A DNA stretch of 63,329 bases, counting the filler, from Octopus bimaculoides (lineage: Eukaryota): NCBI RefSeq assembly GCF_001194135.2. It is 4 parts of 4 records of this genome, joined end to end, with 100 filler letters (N's around TTAATTAATTAA, not from the genome) between each part and the next. Parts side by side here need not be neighbours in the genome. Positions count along the whole stretch, not along the records: positions 28,619 to 59,661 come from NC_068991.1; 3 more parts are not named here. One strand, 5' to 3'. A model generated the notes under the pieces. It saw only the letters and a program-made list of their open reading frames with translations, was not told the DNA's origin and searched no databases. Position numbers and translations under genes: made by a program. Below, in pieces: positions 38,255 to 51,514 of this stretch (position 1 is the stretch's first letter; each line of letters begins with the position of its first letter).

Positions 38255-38745
38255 TCAGATCTTGTTGAAGCCAGATATCATCTTGGCATTCATATGAACG
38301 ACGCTGCTAATCATCTGGAGTTTACTGTGCTTTGGGTGGAGAGGCTGAAGAAGACACAAGAAAGGAAAGGAAGAGAACCAAATACAATGAGTTGGTGAAG
38401 GACTGCCACAGGGATTGCTGAAAAAAGAAGCGTTTAATGGTAGAGGTTGACAGTCGAGGGCTCGCAGATCGTACGTATCCTGTGTAAGGCCTATGGAACC
38501 TTGATCACTACAAGAATGATCAAAGGAAGAGCCATCACGGACAGCATAGAGGTTACTGAGAAAGCATCAAGATGGCTCTGGCTGAAAAGCGGTGGTCGGT
38601 GGGGGTCAGCAGAATGTTATTTGGATAGAGGTCTAGGCTTGATCAAATTTGGTCGTGTTGCCGGTATGAGGATGTATGTTGTAAGATCCGAAACCCCCAG
38701 CAACGCTCAAGATACAACACCGACAGTATATCCAAGTAGGGTATA
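38255..38745 (+). mobile_element. Decayed HERO-like (RLE) non-LTR retrotransposon, 3' end
   Basis: LKPDIIL..LEFTVLWVERL..KYNELVKDC..VEVDSRG..LCKAYGTL..EKASRWLWLK matches the PD..ELTVPWE..VEVGxRG..AEKASRWLWL endonuclease region; 3' UTR ends in (TA)n. Confidence 0.85.
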
Positions 38746-38852
38746 TATAGAGATATGTTGAACGGATTTAAAACAACCCAGAAGAGCGATGCATCATATA
38801 GAGCCATATACATACATACATACATACACACATATATGTATACGTGTATATA

Positions 38853-38891
<39 letters not shown>

Positions 38892-39234
38892 GTATATATA
38901 TATATATATATGTATATATACACATACATATACATGTATACATATGTATATACATGTATATATATATATATACATACATATATACATATGTACATACATA
39001 CATATATATGCATATACATACATACATACATACATATNNNNNNNNNNNNNNNNNNNNNNNNNNNNNNNNNNNNNNNNNNNNNNNNNNNNNNNNNNNNNNN
39101 NNNNNNNNNNNNNNNNNNNNNNNNNNNNNNNNNNNNNNNNNNNNNNNNNNNNNNNNNNNNNNNNNNNNNNNNNNNNNNNNNNNNNNNNNNNNNNNNNNNN
39201 NNNNNNNNNNNNNNNNNTATGTATGCGTGTGTGT

Positions 39235-39480
39235 GTGATTTTGTGTTTGTGCTTGTTTCCTCACTGCTTAATCATCGCTTTTGGTTTGTTTACATTCCTA
39301 TTACTTAGCAGTTCGGCAAATTATACGATAGAATAAGTACAGAACTTAAACAGAAGGGAAAAAAACCACCTACCAAACTTTAAAAAAGTACTGGGATCGA
39401 TTTGTTCAACTAAAACTCATCAAAGAGGTAACTCCAGCATGGCCGCAGGCCAATGATTGAAACGAGTAAATGATAAAAGA
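39235..39480 (+). mobile_element. SINE family C body (3' half of the D/C element)
   Basis: acttagcagttcggcaaa..gatagaataagtac..gatcgatttgttcaactaa..ctccagcatggccgcag..gaaacgagtaa, as at 57520-57660. Confidence 0.75.
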
Positions 39481-40429
39481 GAACTCATTTAAAATGAAAT
39501 TAAATATCTCTTCAACAAGTAAGATACACCGACCACATAAATTCTAAAGTTATGTAGTAGGCGATGCTTCAGCATGGCCGCGGTTTAATGAGCGAAACAA
39601 GTAGATAAATAAAAGATATGCAAGAATTATTAGTTAACTGTAGCTTATGTAATATGTAATATTATAACCTCGTTGATTCGAAGTTATGTAATATACAATA
39701 TTACTTAGTTAAACACCAACGTAAAATGCTATGCCTCATAATTGGATACTAATATTGTTGACTGGAAATTATTGCTAGATTTCAACTAATTTACGAAAAT
39801 GTTTTCCAGTTACTTAACTGGCGTATTAATTTCGTTTCATAACCAAATATACGTCAGTGTTTCTATTTCTGAAGACTTCTTAAGTCGGGTTTGTGAAATC
39901 TAATTTATTTTAATTTTTACTGTATGTCTGCGAAAACTTATGAAATCTTTAACTGAAGCAATTTTAATTTGTTTTAAACCGTAGTTATTATTATTATTAT
40001 TTTAATTTTTTACAGGTTTACAATTTTGTCCCAAACAAAGCTTGAGTCCACCGTAGCGTAAGGGACTACAAAGAAGGAAAAGAAGGGGCTTATAAATTCA
40101 AAAGGTGTTGATTGACAAAAGGGCTCAAAGAACGGAAAACCATGGTCCAGAGAAAACAAGATTATGGCAGTGAATTCCAGAGAGGAGTTGTCTGAGAAAA
40201 GAAGCAATTAGAATAAAAGAACTGATACCATATCTTACTGTCATTAGAACCTTTGACTGTTCTATCACAATCTTCTCATGATGTAAACCACACCAATTTC
40301 ACTCTAACTCTAATATTATTTACATTGTTTTGTTTCTTGACATAATTCCAATTATTCTTGATGTAATTACAATTAGCTTTGTACTTTAATGAAATAAACT
40401 GAATTATATAATAATTATTGCAGCTCACG

Positions 40430-41440
40430 CATCTATTACAGTGCACACACGTCTGGCACAGTAAACATTCCGACCTACCTGGTACAATATACAGTACATC
40501 TCTTACACGCCTGGTACTGTACACATTCCGCTCACAATTGATCTAGTACTACTAATTCCACAAACATCTGGTGCAGTGTAACATGCCACAAACAACCAAT
40601 CCAATACACATTTCTCATCCATCTTGTACGATAGACATCTCCACACACATTTTATACAGTACACATTACATACAGACATCTGACACCATGCTCATATCTC
40701 ATACTAATATAGTACATTAAATTGTCCATTCTACATACATCTAGTGTGCTAAGTATTCCTCATACATCTGGTACAGTAAGCTTTCAACATACTTGTGATA
40801 TGATATGCCCTTGACATACTTGTGATATGATATGCCAGGACACACACATATACATGCATTCCGCACACGTCAGATGCTGCACACATTTCACTCACTTTCA
40901 GTCCATTCTACCACATACATATCTAGTATCGTACTCTTCCACAAACATATTTCACACACATCTAATGCAGTTGTACAATTTTTTTCTATACACATCAAGC
41001 TCAGTACATATTCGACACACACATTTGCACATGTCTCTTACAGTACACATTCTATACAGATAAGGTATCGTATACATTTCACACACAACTGGTATAGTAT
41101 ACATTCTACATACAGTGTACACTTTACATATATTCTGTACAGTACACATTTCACCAAGATCTGGTATTGCACAGATTCTATACGGATTTGGTAAAGTACA
41201 CATTTTGCGAACACATTTTGCTCGTCTTAAATAGTACATCCTATATTTCACATCTACTATACATTTTACCTTCATCTGGTGCATTTTATAAAGATCTGGT
41301 ACTGTATACAGTCCATGTACAACTGGCATACTACAGATTTTACTCAGATCTGGTATAGTAGATATGCCGCATGTAACTGGTATAGTGCACATTCCATGCA
41401 TATCTGATACAATAAATATTTCACACACACACATCTGGGT
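40430..41440. repeat. Degenerate 27-bp tandem array
   Basis: Consensus ~catctggtacagtacacattccacaca; a near-exact 27-bp tandem duplication at ~40788-40837; 9-aa periodicity in ORF 40952-41458. Confidence 0.8.
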
Positions 41441-42169
41441 CACACGTTCCTGGTTCACATTTCACACACATACACACCTGATTTCGTCTTCATGTCTGTT
41501 GACTTCTGCCTCTCCTTCTCGGTCGCAATTTCGTTCTCACAGAATAAATAAATGAAATACAAAATCAATATCGAAATCCCTATCGAACCATCACTTTAGG
41601 CCGACACAAATTTATTCCATCAGATACATAGATTCAACGGTATTGATTCATCTCAATAAAATCTAGTAAGTCCTTGGTTTGGTGGAAGCATCGCTGATTA
41701 CGAAGATTGCTGGCTCCAGGTCAGGTGGCATTGTACGTGTATGCGGTCACAGCCCTCCTGTGTACTGACATGAGCAAGAATATCCATCAGAGTTCTAAAA
41801 CTCCTTAATTAAGATTCAGCAGATACATAAACAATGAAGGAATGACAACTTTATAAAATATGCATGAGATGCCAAAAATCTTCGTCATGTAAACATTCAC
41901 TCTGATGACCAACAATCATCAAAATCTATCAATAAGAATTGTTTCTAACATAAGGACCGTAGCACAACCCTGCTTTTCGAAAACGGGAGAGGGTTTACGC
42001 AAGCTCTCAAATAACTGAGATAAAGACCCGAAGATAGTATGACAATATATATACCCCATCGATCAGTGCAGCGTAGTGAAAGTATGAGTGAGTTTAAAAC
42101 CGAGAACCCCGCCAATAGAAATTTGGTAGGGAGTTGTTAATCGATTAAAATGATCTCAATATTAACAGG

Positions 42170-42440
42170 TACTAAAGGCAGCGAGCTGGCAGAGTCGTTA
42201 GCCCGCCGGGCGAAAGTCTTAGCAGTATTTCGTTCGTCTTCACGTTCTGAGTTCAAATTCAGCCGAGATCTATCTATGTATCTATATTCTTTCCTCTGTC
42301 TCAGTTATCTCAAGTACATTATTTTATCGATGTCATAAAGCTAAAAAAAACAAACAAAGCAGACCTCGGTGGATTGGAACTCAGATCGTAAACAGCCGGA
42401 ACAAATACTGCAAGGTCTTTTATCCGACGCTCAAATAATC
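42170..42440. mobile_element. Two family B SINE head fragments in inverted orientation
   Basis: 42170-42270 plus (aaggcagcgagctggcag..ctgagttcaaattc) and 42340-42440 minus (gacctcggtggattggaactcag..ccgacgc). Confidence 0.7.
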
Positions 42441-42982
42441 CTACCAGTCTTGATTTCGAACTTAAGCACCCGGTCGTGGATATAGAGCGGAGGTGAGGCA
42501 ATTAGTAAATTAAATCGAGTTCAGCACTTGATTAGTATATATTTCATTGTCTATTTTATTGACCCTATCCTCAGAGCGATGTATAAAAAAAACAAAAAAA
42601 AAACAAAACAAAAGTCGATCATGGCAGGATTTGAACTCTAAACGCAAACGGTCTCGTAACCAAATACCGAAAGGAACATTTGACATCCGTTACTCTACTA
42701 ATTCTACCAATACACCACCGCTATTATATTTGTCTGCACTCTACTAACTCTGTCATACGCCGCCCTACACACCACAAAATGCGCTCAATTTTCAGTATTT
42801 CATTCATCATTGTCAAATGCACGCACACACACACACACACACACGCACACACACGCACACACATTCACAGATGTATAAAAAAAAAACACCACAAACCCAT
42901 CTTAATCCCGGCTGTGTTTACTGACCTGTTTCACTACCGCAAATTTGACACCAATTATAAAAGAGATTTTCGGTTGTTGTTG

Positions 42983-43041
<59 letters not shown>

Positions 43042-44085
43042 GCTGTTGCTATTTTTGTTGTTGTCGTCTCCGTCGTTGTTGTTTCTGTTGTTATTTGCTA
43101 TGAACGGACGTCTGTAACGGAGCTCTCGAAAGAATTGGACTTTTACGACGTTCCGTTGNNNNNNNNNNNNNNNNNNNNNNNNNNNNNNNNNNNNNNNNNN
43201 NNNNNNNNNNNNNNNNNNNNNNNNNNNNNNNNNNNNNNNNNNNNNNNNNNNNNNNNNNNNNNNNNNNNNNNNNNNNNNNNNNNNNNNNNNNNNNNNNNNN
43301 NNNNNNNNNNNNNNNNNNNNNNNNNNNNNNNNNNNNNNNNNNNNNNNNNNNNNNNNNNNNNNNNNNNNNNNNNNNNNNNNNNNNNNNNNNNNNNNNNNNN
43401 NNNNNNNNNNNNNNNNNNNNNNNNNNNNNNNNNNNNNNNNNNNNNNNNNNNNNNNNNNNNNNNNNNNNNNNNNNNNNNNNNNNNNNNNNNNNNNNNNNNN
43501 NNNNNNNNNNNNNNNNNNNNNNNNNNNNNNNNNNNNNNNNNNNNNNNNNNNNNNNNNNNNNNNNNNNNNNNNNNNNNNNNNNNNNNNNNNNNNNNNNNNN
43601 NNNNNNNNNNNNNNNNNNNNNNNNNNNNNNNNNNNNNNNNNNNNNNNNNNNNNNNNNNNNNNNNNNNNNNNNNNNNNNNNNNNNNNNNNNNNNNNNNNNN
43701 NNNNNNNNNNNNNNNNNNNNNNNNNNNNNNNNNNNNNNNNNNNNNNNNNNNNNNNNNNNNNNNNNNNNNNNNNNNNNNNNNNNNNNNNNNNNNNNNNNNN
43801 NNNNNNNNNNNNNNNNNNNNNNNNNNNNNNNNNNNNNNNNNNNNNNNNNNNNNNNNNNNNNNNNNNNNNNNNNNNNNNNNNNNNNNNNNNNNNNNNNNNN
43901 NNNNNNNNNNNNNNNNNNNNNNNNNNNNNNNNNNNNNNNNNNNNNNNNNNNNNNNNNNNNNNNNNNNNNNNNNNNNNNNNNNNNNNNNNNNNNNNNNNNN
44001 NNNNNNNNNNNNNNNNNNNNNNNNNACGAGTTTTGACTGTTATTTCAAGCAGGTAGACATACTTAGTATGTCCTTTGATTAATTA

Positions 44086-44148
<63 letters not shown>

Positions 44149-44239
44149 GTAACGGGATTCTGCATAGTTTCCATGTATGTAGGTGTGTGTCTTTGTGTGT
44201 ATGTGAGTGTGTGTTTGTCTTTGTTTGTGTGCTTGTCTT

Positions 44240-44705
44240 CTGTCCTCACTCGGTTAATTTTCGTCCCAGTAACTTAGCAGATCTGCAAAAGAGCCCGATA
44301 GAATAAGTGGTAAACTTTAAAAATAAGTATTGGAATCGATTTCTTCGACTAAATCCTTGAAGTAAAACGTAAAAGGGAAAAGAAAATAATTTAAACTTTA
44401 ATTCCGAGGGTAACGACAACGATCGCAAGGTCGTGAGCTCAATTCCCAGCAACGCGTTGTGCCCTTGAGCAAGACACTTTATTTCACGTTACTCCAGTCA
44501 ACTCAGCTGAAGAAAATGAGTAGTACCTGTATTTCAAAAGGGTCAGCCTTGTTACATTCTGTGTCACACTGAATGTCCATGGGAACTACGTTAATGGTAC
44601 GCGTGTGTGTGGAGTGCTCAGCCACTTGCACATTAATTTCAAGAGCAAGCTGTTCTGTTGATCGGATCAACTGGAACCTCGTCGTCGTAACCGACGGATT
44701 GCCAG
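44240..44705 (+). mobile_element. SINE family C fragment followed by a family A2 copy (~44405-44705)
   Basis: gtaacttagcag..gatagaataag..gatttcttcgactaa, then gttgtgcccttgagcaagacac..aagggtcagcc..gtcgtcgtaaccgacgg. Confidence 0.8.
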
Positions 44706-45565
44706 TACATAGCCGAAAGAGCTACTAATAGTTTTATGCTTCTATGATACTTTAACTAGGCATATTTATAAAATACGCCATGTATCTCCAAGCATTCTTT
44801 CAGGCTCTGTTTATACGTCATATATATTAAAGAAAAGAAAAAAAGGACTCTGGACATAAAACAAAAAACAAAAACAAAACATGAAATAAACGCGAAGACA
44901 GTTGATACAAAAAATGGAACGGGAAGAAAAAAACGAACGTAAGAAAACTAAGACCTTCTCCTCCCTGATTACAGAAACTACAATTGATACAGCTCGTATA
45001 GAACAAAACAACGGAAAATATGTCAGGGGTGGTGTATTCCAATCTGTCAACAGAAACCTGTTTATGTGTTTACACCTAGTAAAAAAATACAAAATATTTC
45101 TTGGGTATGTGGGTTTGAGTGGAGTGGTAATTAGAATGTAGTTGATTAAACCCCATGACCTGAAAGAGACACACCTAAAAATATACACACCTGCTTTCAA
45201 AGTTCTACATGCATGAATGAATTCTAAACAACAACATGATCCCAAGTATAATCAATAAAAATTTCTCCAAAACACCTCTCTTTCACGACGTTCCGTTGAT
45301 TATATATATATATATATATATATNNNNNNNNNNNNNNNNNNNNNNNNNNNNNNNNNNNNNNNNNNNNNNNNNNNNNNNNNNNNNNNNNNNNNNNNNNNNN
45401 NNNNNNNNNNNNNNNNNNNNNNNNNNNNNNNNNNNNNNNNNNNNNNNNNNNNNNNNNNNNNNNNNNNNNNNNNCATGTTAATCAAACCCACACGCCCCAG
45501 GAATATTTTAACTCAATTGAGATCATATGAAGGCAAGACTAACTCTAATGCGTTGCAATCCAATG

Positions 45566-45813
45566 ATGGCTTAGCTGGCCGAAACTTCGAAGTCACTGGC
45601 AGGAACGTTAGAAAAAAAAAACAAAAAAACTCGCGAGCGAGCGTGGGTATTTCGTTACTCTTTATGTTCTGAGTTCAAATTCCGCCGAGGTCGACTGTGC
45701 CTTTCATCTTATCGTGGTTGATGAATTAAGTACCAGTTGCGTACTGGTGTCGATCTAATCGACTGGTCCCCTCCCCTAAAATTTCGGGCCTTGTGCCTAT
45801 TGTAGAAAAGAAT
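45566..45813 (+). mobile_element. SINE family B (tail B1), diverged head
   Basis: ttctgagttcaaattccgccgaggtcgac..aagtaccagtt..aatttcgggccttgtgcc..gtagaaaag. Confidence 0.85.
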
Positions 45814-45887
45814 ATTCTTGTTTAAGAACAATTTATATATGTGTGTGTGTGCGTGCGTGTATGCTTGTCTACGTATTTATATGTGTA

Positions 45888-45945
<58 letters not shown>

Positions 45946-46386
45946 GCATGCATACCTGTATATTGTTTTACACAACACACACACACACATATATGCACAC
46001 AGAGACCATACTTGTATAGAAATACATAATGTTCATAGGTACGTATAACCTCTGTCTCATATATCACACACACACATACACACTCATACACATATACTCA
46101 CACGCAGAAAGAAAAGATACACACACGCATATACAGTGAAAGAGCAAGCATACCCACACACATAACATAAACGTACAAAGAGGTGTACATATGTGATGGT
46201 CCACATAAATATACACGAACCTCATGCGTTCGCACTCTCACAAAGCTATACGCACACACAAACGCACACACGCACACACACACACACACATAGCCATATA
46301 CCTATTCTTATTCATTTATTTAGTTAATATGCATAGATACAGACATACGTGCATATACACAAACCAAACACAAACTCATCCATCCG

Positions 46387-46417
<31 letters not shown>

Positions 46418-47206
46418 TTACACCCATACATACACTCACGCGTTCACACACATACACACACGCGCACGCACACATACAGCGCCATTTTTGTTTTCCAGAA
46501 TCTCCTCTCATGTCAACTTCTCTATTCTCACTCTCCGCTAATACCTTACCTCCATATTCCTCAGCAAACAAAGAACCGATTGAGATACAAAGAGGAAGAG
46601 GAATTAATAAAAGGAATGCTATTGTTATGGATTTCTTGATAACCTTCCAAATTGCCAACTTCAGCCAAGCTGTTCCGTCTTAAGCAGACGTTCAGGTTTT
46701 ACTGCATGTAAAGGGAGACAACCTTTAGCGATTGCTTAGAGAGCGGATTAGGTAGAAAAACTTAATGCAGCAAATAAAAGGTACACGATTTGCGTGTCAT
46801 CATAACTTAATCGGTAAAGCATCGAAGAGAAAAAAAAAGGAGAGAAAGCAAGGGGGTTACTATGGAGCGGGGGAGAGAATGAGAGAGAGAAAGAGAGAGA
46901 AATTGGTTCAAAGAGAGAGAAAGAGAGGGAGAGAGTGGGTAAGAGAGATTTACTCTTTCAAACTTTAGAGGCAGACGAAAATCTATTCTATTCTGTACAT
47001 GTTAACGTAGTGTAGCAACGAAATGAATGGACAGAGAGCTATCTTATTTATGGATGGATACATAATGAGAATGGAACTTAATAATACACAGATACATTTA
47101 TATATAGACACACAAGGAAATCATACTTATATATGATTATACATGCTTATATATTCTGTCGAAGCTGATGACTCACTCCGTTACTGCTTTGAGTTTGTAT
47201 GATGTA

Positions 47207-47267
<61 letters not shown>

Positions 47268-47808
47268 AAGAAAGAGAGAAAGCGATTGAAAGAAAGAGAG
47301 GATAGAAAATGTGTGTATCTGTGTGAAGGCATAGTTGCGAAAGTAATGGGGTTCACGATTTTAAGGTCGCGGGTTCAATTTCTAGATAGGGCGGCATTTT
47401 ACGTCTGTGAATAAAGCGCTACGCTTCATGTTGCCGCAGTTGATTGAGCTAAGTTTGAACGCCAGGCTAGTCCTGGTGCAGCGTTCTCTTCCCCCAGCTG
47501 TCACATACTCGATGTTTCATTGGGGCAAAGACGGTGATAAGGACTTTATACTCAGGTTGTATGTGTGACACTGAGCTGCGAAACGAGGCCAATCTATCCA
47601 CGGAGGAAAAGAATAAATTTATAGCGAAATAAGCAAAAGGGGCTACGTTCATGAAAGCGAAACGGGTGTAGTATCAATACTTCTACCAATACCCAGCAAG
47701 GTAGTCACAAGTATCATTGCTGAAAGACTGGAAAACAAGGAAGAACGCAAGAAAAAAAAAGGAGAATTTAGGAAGGTTAGCTACTGTATTGATAAGCTTC
47801 TTATGTTA

Positions 47809-48044
47809 CTTATTTCTTTACTGCCCACCAGGGGCTACACACAGAGGGGGACAAACAAGGACAGACAAAGGGATTAAGTCGATTATATCGACCCCAGTGC
47901 GTAACTGGTACTTATTTAATCGACCCCGAAAGGATGAAAGGCAAAGTCGACCACGGCGGAATTTGAACTCTGAACGTAACGGCAGACGAAATAGCGCTAA
48001 GCATTTCGCCCGGCGTGCTAACGATTCTGCCGGCTCACCACCTT
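47809..48044 (-). mobile_element. SINE family B (tail B2) with TSD
   Basis: cttcttatgttact on both sides (47797-47810, 48042-48055). Confidence 0.93.
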
Positions 48045-48508
48045 CTTATGTTACTGATCATCAGACAGTCAGAGAAATGGCTGGTTTCTCATGTTCTTAA
48101 CTTCAAAGTCTTGGAAATATCCTTTGATTCGGAATCAAGGCACACTCAATCAGCTCGTCAATATCATTCAAGAGCGGTTAAAAANNNNNNNNNNNNNNNN
48201 NNNNNNNNNNNNNNNNNNNNNNNNNNNNNNNNNNNNNNNNNNNNNNNNNNNNNNNNNNNNNNNNNNNNNNNNNNNNNNNNNNNNNNNNNNNNNNNNNNNN
48301 NNNNNNNNNNNNNNNNNNNNNNNNNNNNNNNNNNNNNNNNNNNNNNNNNNNNNNNNNNNNNNNNNNNNNNNNNNNNNNNNNNNNNNNNNNNNNNNNNNNN
48401 NNNNNNNNNNNNNNNNNNNNNGTTAGTGGATCTACACTTCGTGGAGGAGATCCACACTTTGTGAACGAGATCTACTTGATATTCCAGAACGTTCAAAACA
48501 TGCATAGA

Positions 48509-48743
48509 AAGGCGGCGACCTGGCAGAGACGTTAGCACGCCGGGTGAAATGCTTAACGTTATTTCGTCTGCCGCTACGTTCTGAGTTCAAATTCCGCCGA
48601 GGTCGACTTTGTCTTTCATCCTTCCGGGGTCGATAAATTAAGTACCAGTTACGCACTGGGGTCGATGTAATCGACTTAATCCCTTTGTCTGTCCTTGTTT
48701 GTCCCCTCTATGTTTAGCCCCTTGAGGGCAATAAAGAAATAAG
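48509..48743 (+). mobile_element. SINE family B (tail B2)
   Basis: Full length; about 90% identical to the reverse complement of 47809-48044. Confidence 0.93.
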
Positions 48744-49790
48744 AAAGGCTAAAAGAAATAGCTGTGAAAACCGAAACACAAAGCCATTAACTTAGCTCTA
48801 TCATGGTCAAACATTACATGCTGACGAGGTGAAACGTTTCACGTATTGACAGAACGCTGAGACCGTAACTCGAGGTATAGAGGACAAGCAAGTCAAACCT
48901 TTATCAATTTAAAACCTGTCTAGAAGGCTACTGCTCCGTTTAGACATCTTCCACAGAAAATCTTTAATAGCGTCATCATATCAGTCCTGCTGCTATTTGG
49001 TGCATCAGAAAGTATAAGATATGAGAAAGTATAAGATATACACACATTACGAAAAATAAAAATTTCTGGGCCAAAGAAATGCAAGAACTCATCAGCCATC
49101 AGGCAACAATACGGATGTTAAAAAGACTGGAGGGATGTTGGGAAAAGCCTAGCCTTAGAGTTGATGCAATTGGTAACGCAGTCGACCAGTATACGGTAGA
49201 TATGTGGTTCGTTATCCATAGATGGTTCTGTTCACTTTTTCTGTTATATGTCGTACTTGTAAATAAATATGTAAGGTTATATTTCATAATAAAAATGTTA
49301 AACGTTNNNNNNNNNNNNNNNNNNNNNNNNNNNNNNNNNNNNNNNNNNNNNNNNNNNNNNNNNNNNNNNNNNNNNNNNNNNNNNNNNNNNNNNNNNNNNN
49401 NNNNNNNNNNNNNNNNNNNNNNNNNNNNNNNNNNNNNNNNNNNNNNNNNNNNNNNNNNNNNNNNNNNNNNNNNNNNNNNNNNNNNNNNNNNNNNNNNNNN
49501 NNNNNNNNNNNNNNNNNNNNNNNNNNNNNNNNNNNNNNNNNNNNNNNNNNNNNNNNNNNNNNNNNNNNNNNNNNNNNNNNNNNNNNNNNNNNNNNNNNNN
49601 NNNNNNNNNNNNNNNNNNNNNNNNNNNNNNNNNNNNNNNNNNNNNNNNNNNNNNNNNNNNNNNNNNNNNNNNNNNNNNNNNNNNNNNNNNNNNNNNNNNN
49701 NNNNNNNNNNNNNNNNNNNNNNNNNNNNNNNNNNNNNNNNNNNNNNNNNNNNNNNNNNNNNNNNNNNNNNNNNNNNNNNNNNNNNNNNNN

Positions 49791-49840
<50 letters not shown>

Positions 49841-50275
49841 GACAGACAGATAGGCAGACATAGACATATATATACACATACGTGAATACACGAGCACGTA
49901 TACATACATATGTGTATCTTGACCTGTGAGGATTTAGCCCTGTATCATCGTTAGTACCACCAACACTTTACTGTAATGACCAATGTCATTACTAGTCTCC
50001 TCGTGAAGTACTTCTATCGCAATTAACACGTCCACCAGCACATCACCAACACCAAATGAACGTCAGTACGGCACCACCACCACCACCACCACCGCCACCA
50101 CTGCTACAACCTCCAACACAATCACCACAACCATTCACAACTACCACAACCACCACAACCACCCCATCCCACCTCCACCACCACAACCACCGCCGCTACT
50201 ACCACTATCATCAATATTTAACAAGACCACGACAAAACTATTGCCATCACCAATATCATTTAAAGACCACTACCG

Positions 50276-50406
<131 letters not shown>

Positions 50407-50457
50407 GTTATCACAACACTAAAAGCATAAAGCATTAGCGTTCATTTATATTTGCAG

Positions 50458-50608
50458 AGATTTACAACATGGCTTTTAATTCTTCAACCACAAGAAGTCT
50501 TGAAAAAGTGGATTATTTAATGAAGCGGAGGAATTTAAGAGAGATCAGAAGATGATGGCCGGATTAAGAGTTCTAGAACTTTCGTGTCTGACTGGACAAA
50601 CGGATCAG
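50458..50608 (+). other. Candidate exon (possible coding start MMAGLRVLELSCLTGQTDQ at 50552)
   Basis: Acceptor ttcatttatatttgcag|, donor CAG|GTAAGC, Kozak-like aagATGATGG. No homolog recognised. Confidence 0.35.
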
Positions 50609-50907
50609 GTAAGCTTGGACGGACGCCTTATATGTTCTACTGGCAATTTTGGCAACGGACAGATCACTTGGTAAATATCACGACAACAATAATAATAATG
50701 TGACTGATTGACTGGCAGACGACCACAGTCTGTCTATCTCTGTGTTCAGTCTATCAGTCTGTCTGCCTGGTTGTCTGTCTATTTTAGTCATTCACATCAG
50801 CCCGACACATCTGTCGCGTTGTCAACGCTGCACCTCACATCTTTTCAAATTTGTCATTCAGAGACACACTCAAACACATACATAGAGATGCTTTCAAACA
50901 CCCACGT

Positions 50908-50948
<41 letters not shown>

Positions 50949-51008
50949 ACATACATACATACATACATACATACACAAATACATACATGCATACATAAAT
51001 GTAGGCAA

Positions 51009-51061
<53 letters not shown>

Positions 51062-51473
51062 CCTACCTACCTACCTACCAACGTATCTATCTATCTATTT
51101 TTTTCTCCTTCCCCCTCCCAAAAAGAAAAGCTCTACATTGTATTTGTCCCATCTTCGTTGAGCCCTGTGTGGCTAATAAAAGAAATGTATGTATCTATCT
51201 ATCTATCTATATATCTATATATATATATTTACATATATATATATATATATATATATGTATTATATATAAGCACTCGCATATATGGATACACACATAAAAG
51301 GACCTATACATACAGCCATGTACACACACGTGTGTATGTGTGTATGTGTGTGTGTGCATGTGTGCGTAAGTATAGCTATATGAAAGACGAAGCGCAAGAT
51401 GTATACGTATATTTGCCTGTGTTCGCGCGTGTATTCCATCTATATGTTTATTTTCCTGTCATTTTCGACTCAG

Positions 51474-51514
51474 CTGGAAGGGTCTGATGGCCGAATATCA
51501 AAGACATTAGAAAA
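51474..51514 (+). other. Candidate 41-nt exon (LEGSDGRISKTLE), in phase with the previous one
   Basis: Acceptor tttattttcctgtcattttcgactcag|, donor AAA|GTAAGA; open in phase 0. Confidence 0.35.

Noticed and set aside
39999-40220. Very strong acceptor (ttttaattttttacag|G) before a purine-rich stretch
   Set aside because: All three frames stop within about 15 codons; no matching donor.
48826-48856. CUGACGA-ggu-GAAACGUUUC hammerhead-like motif
   Set aside because: Only 3 nt between the core halves, so there is no stem II.
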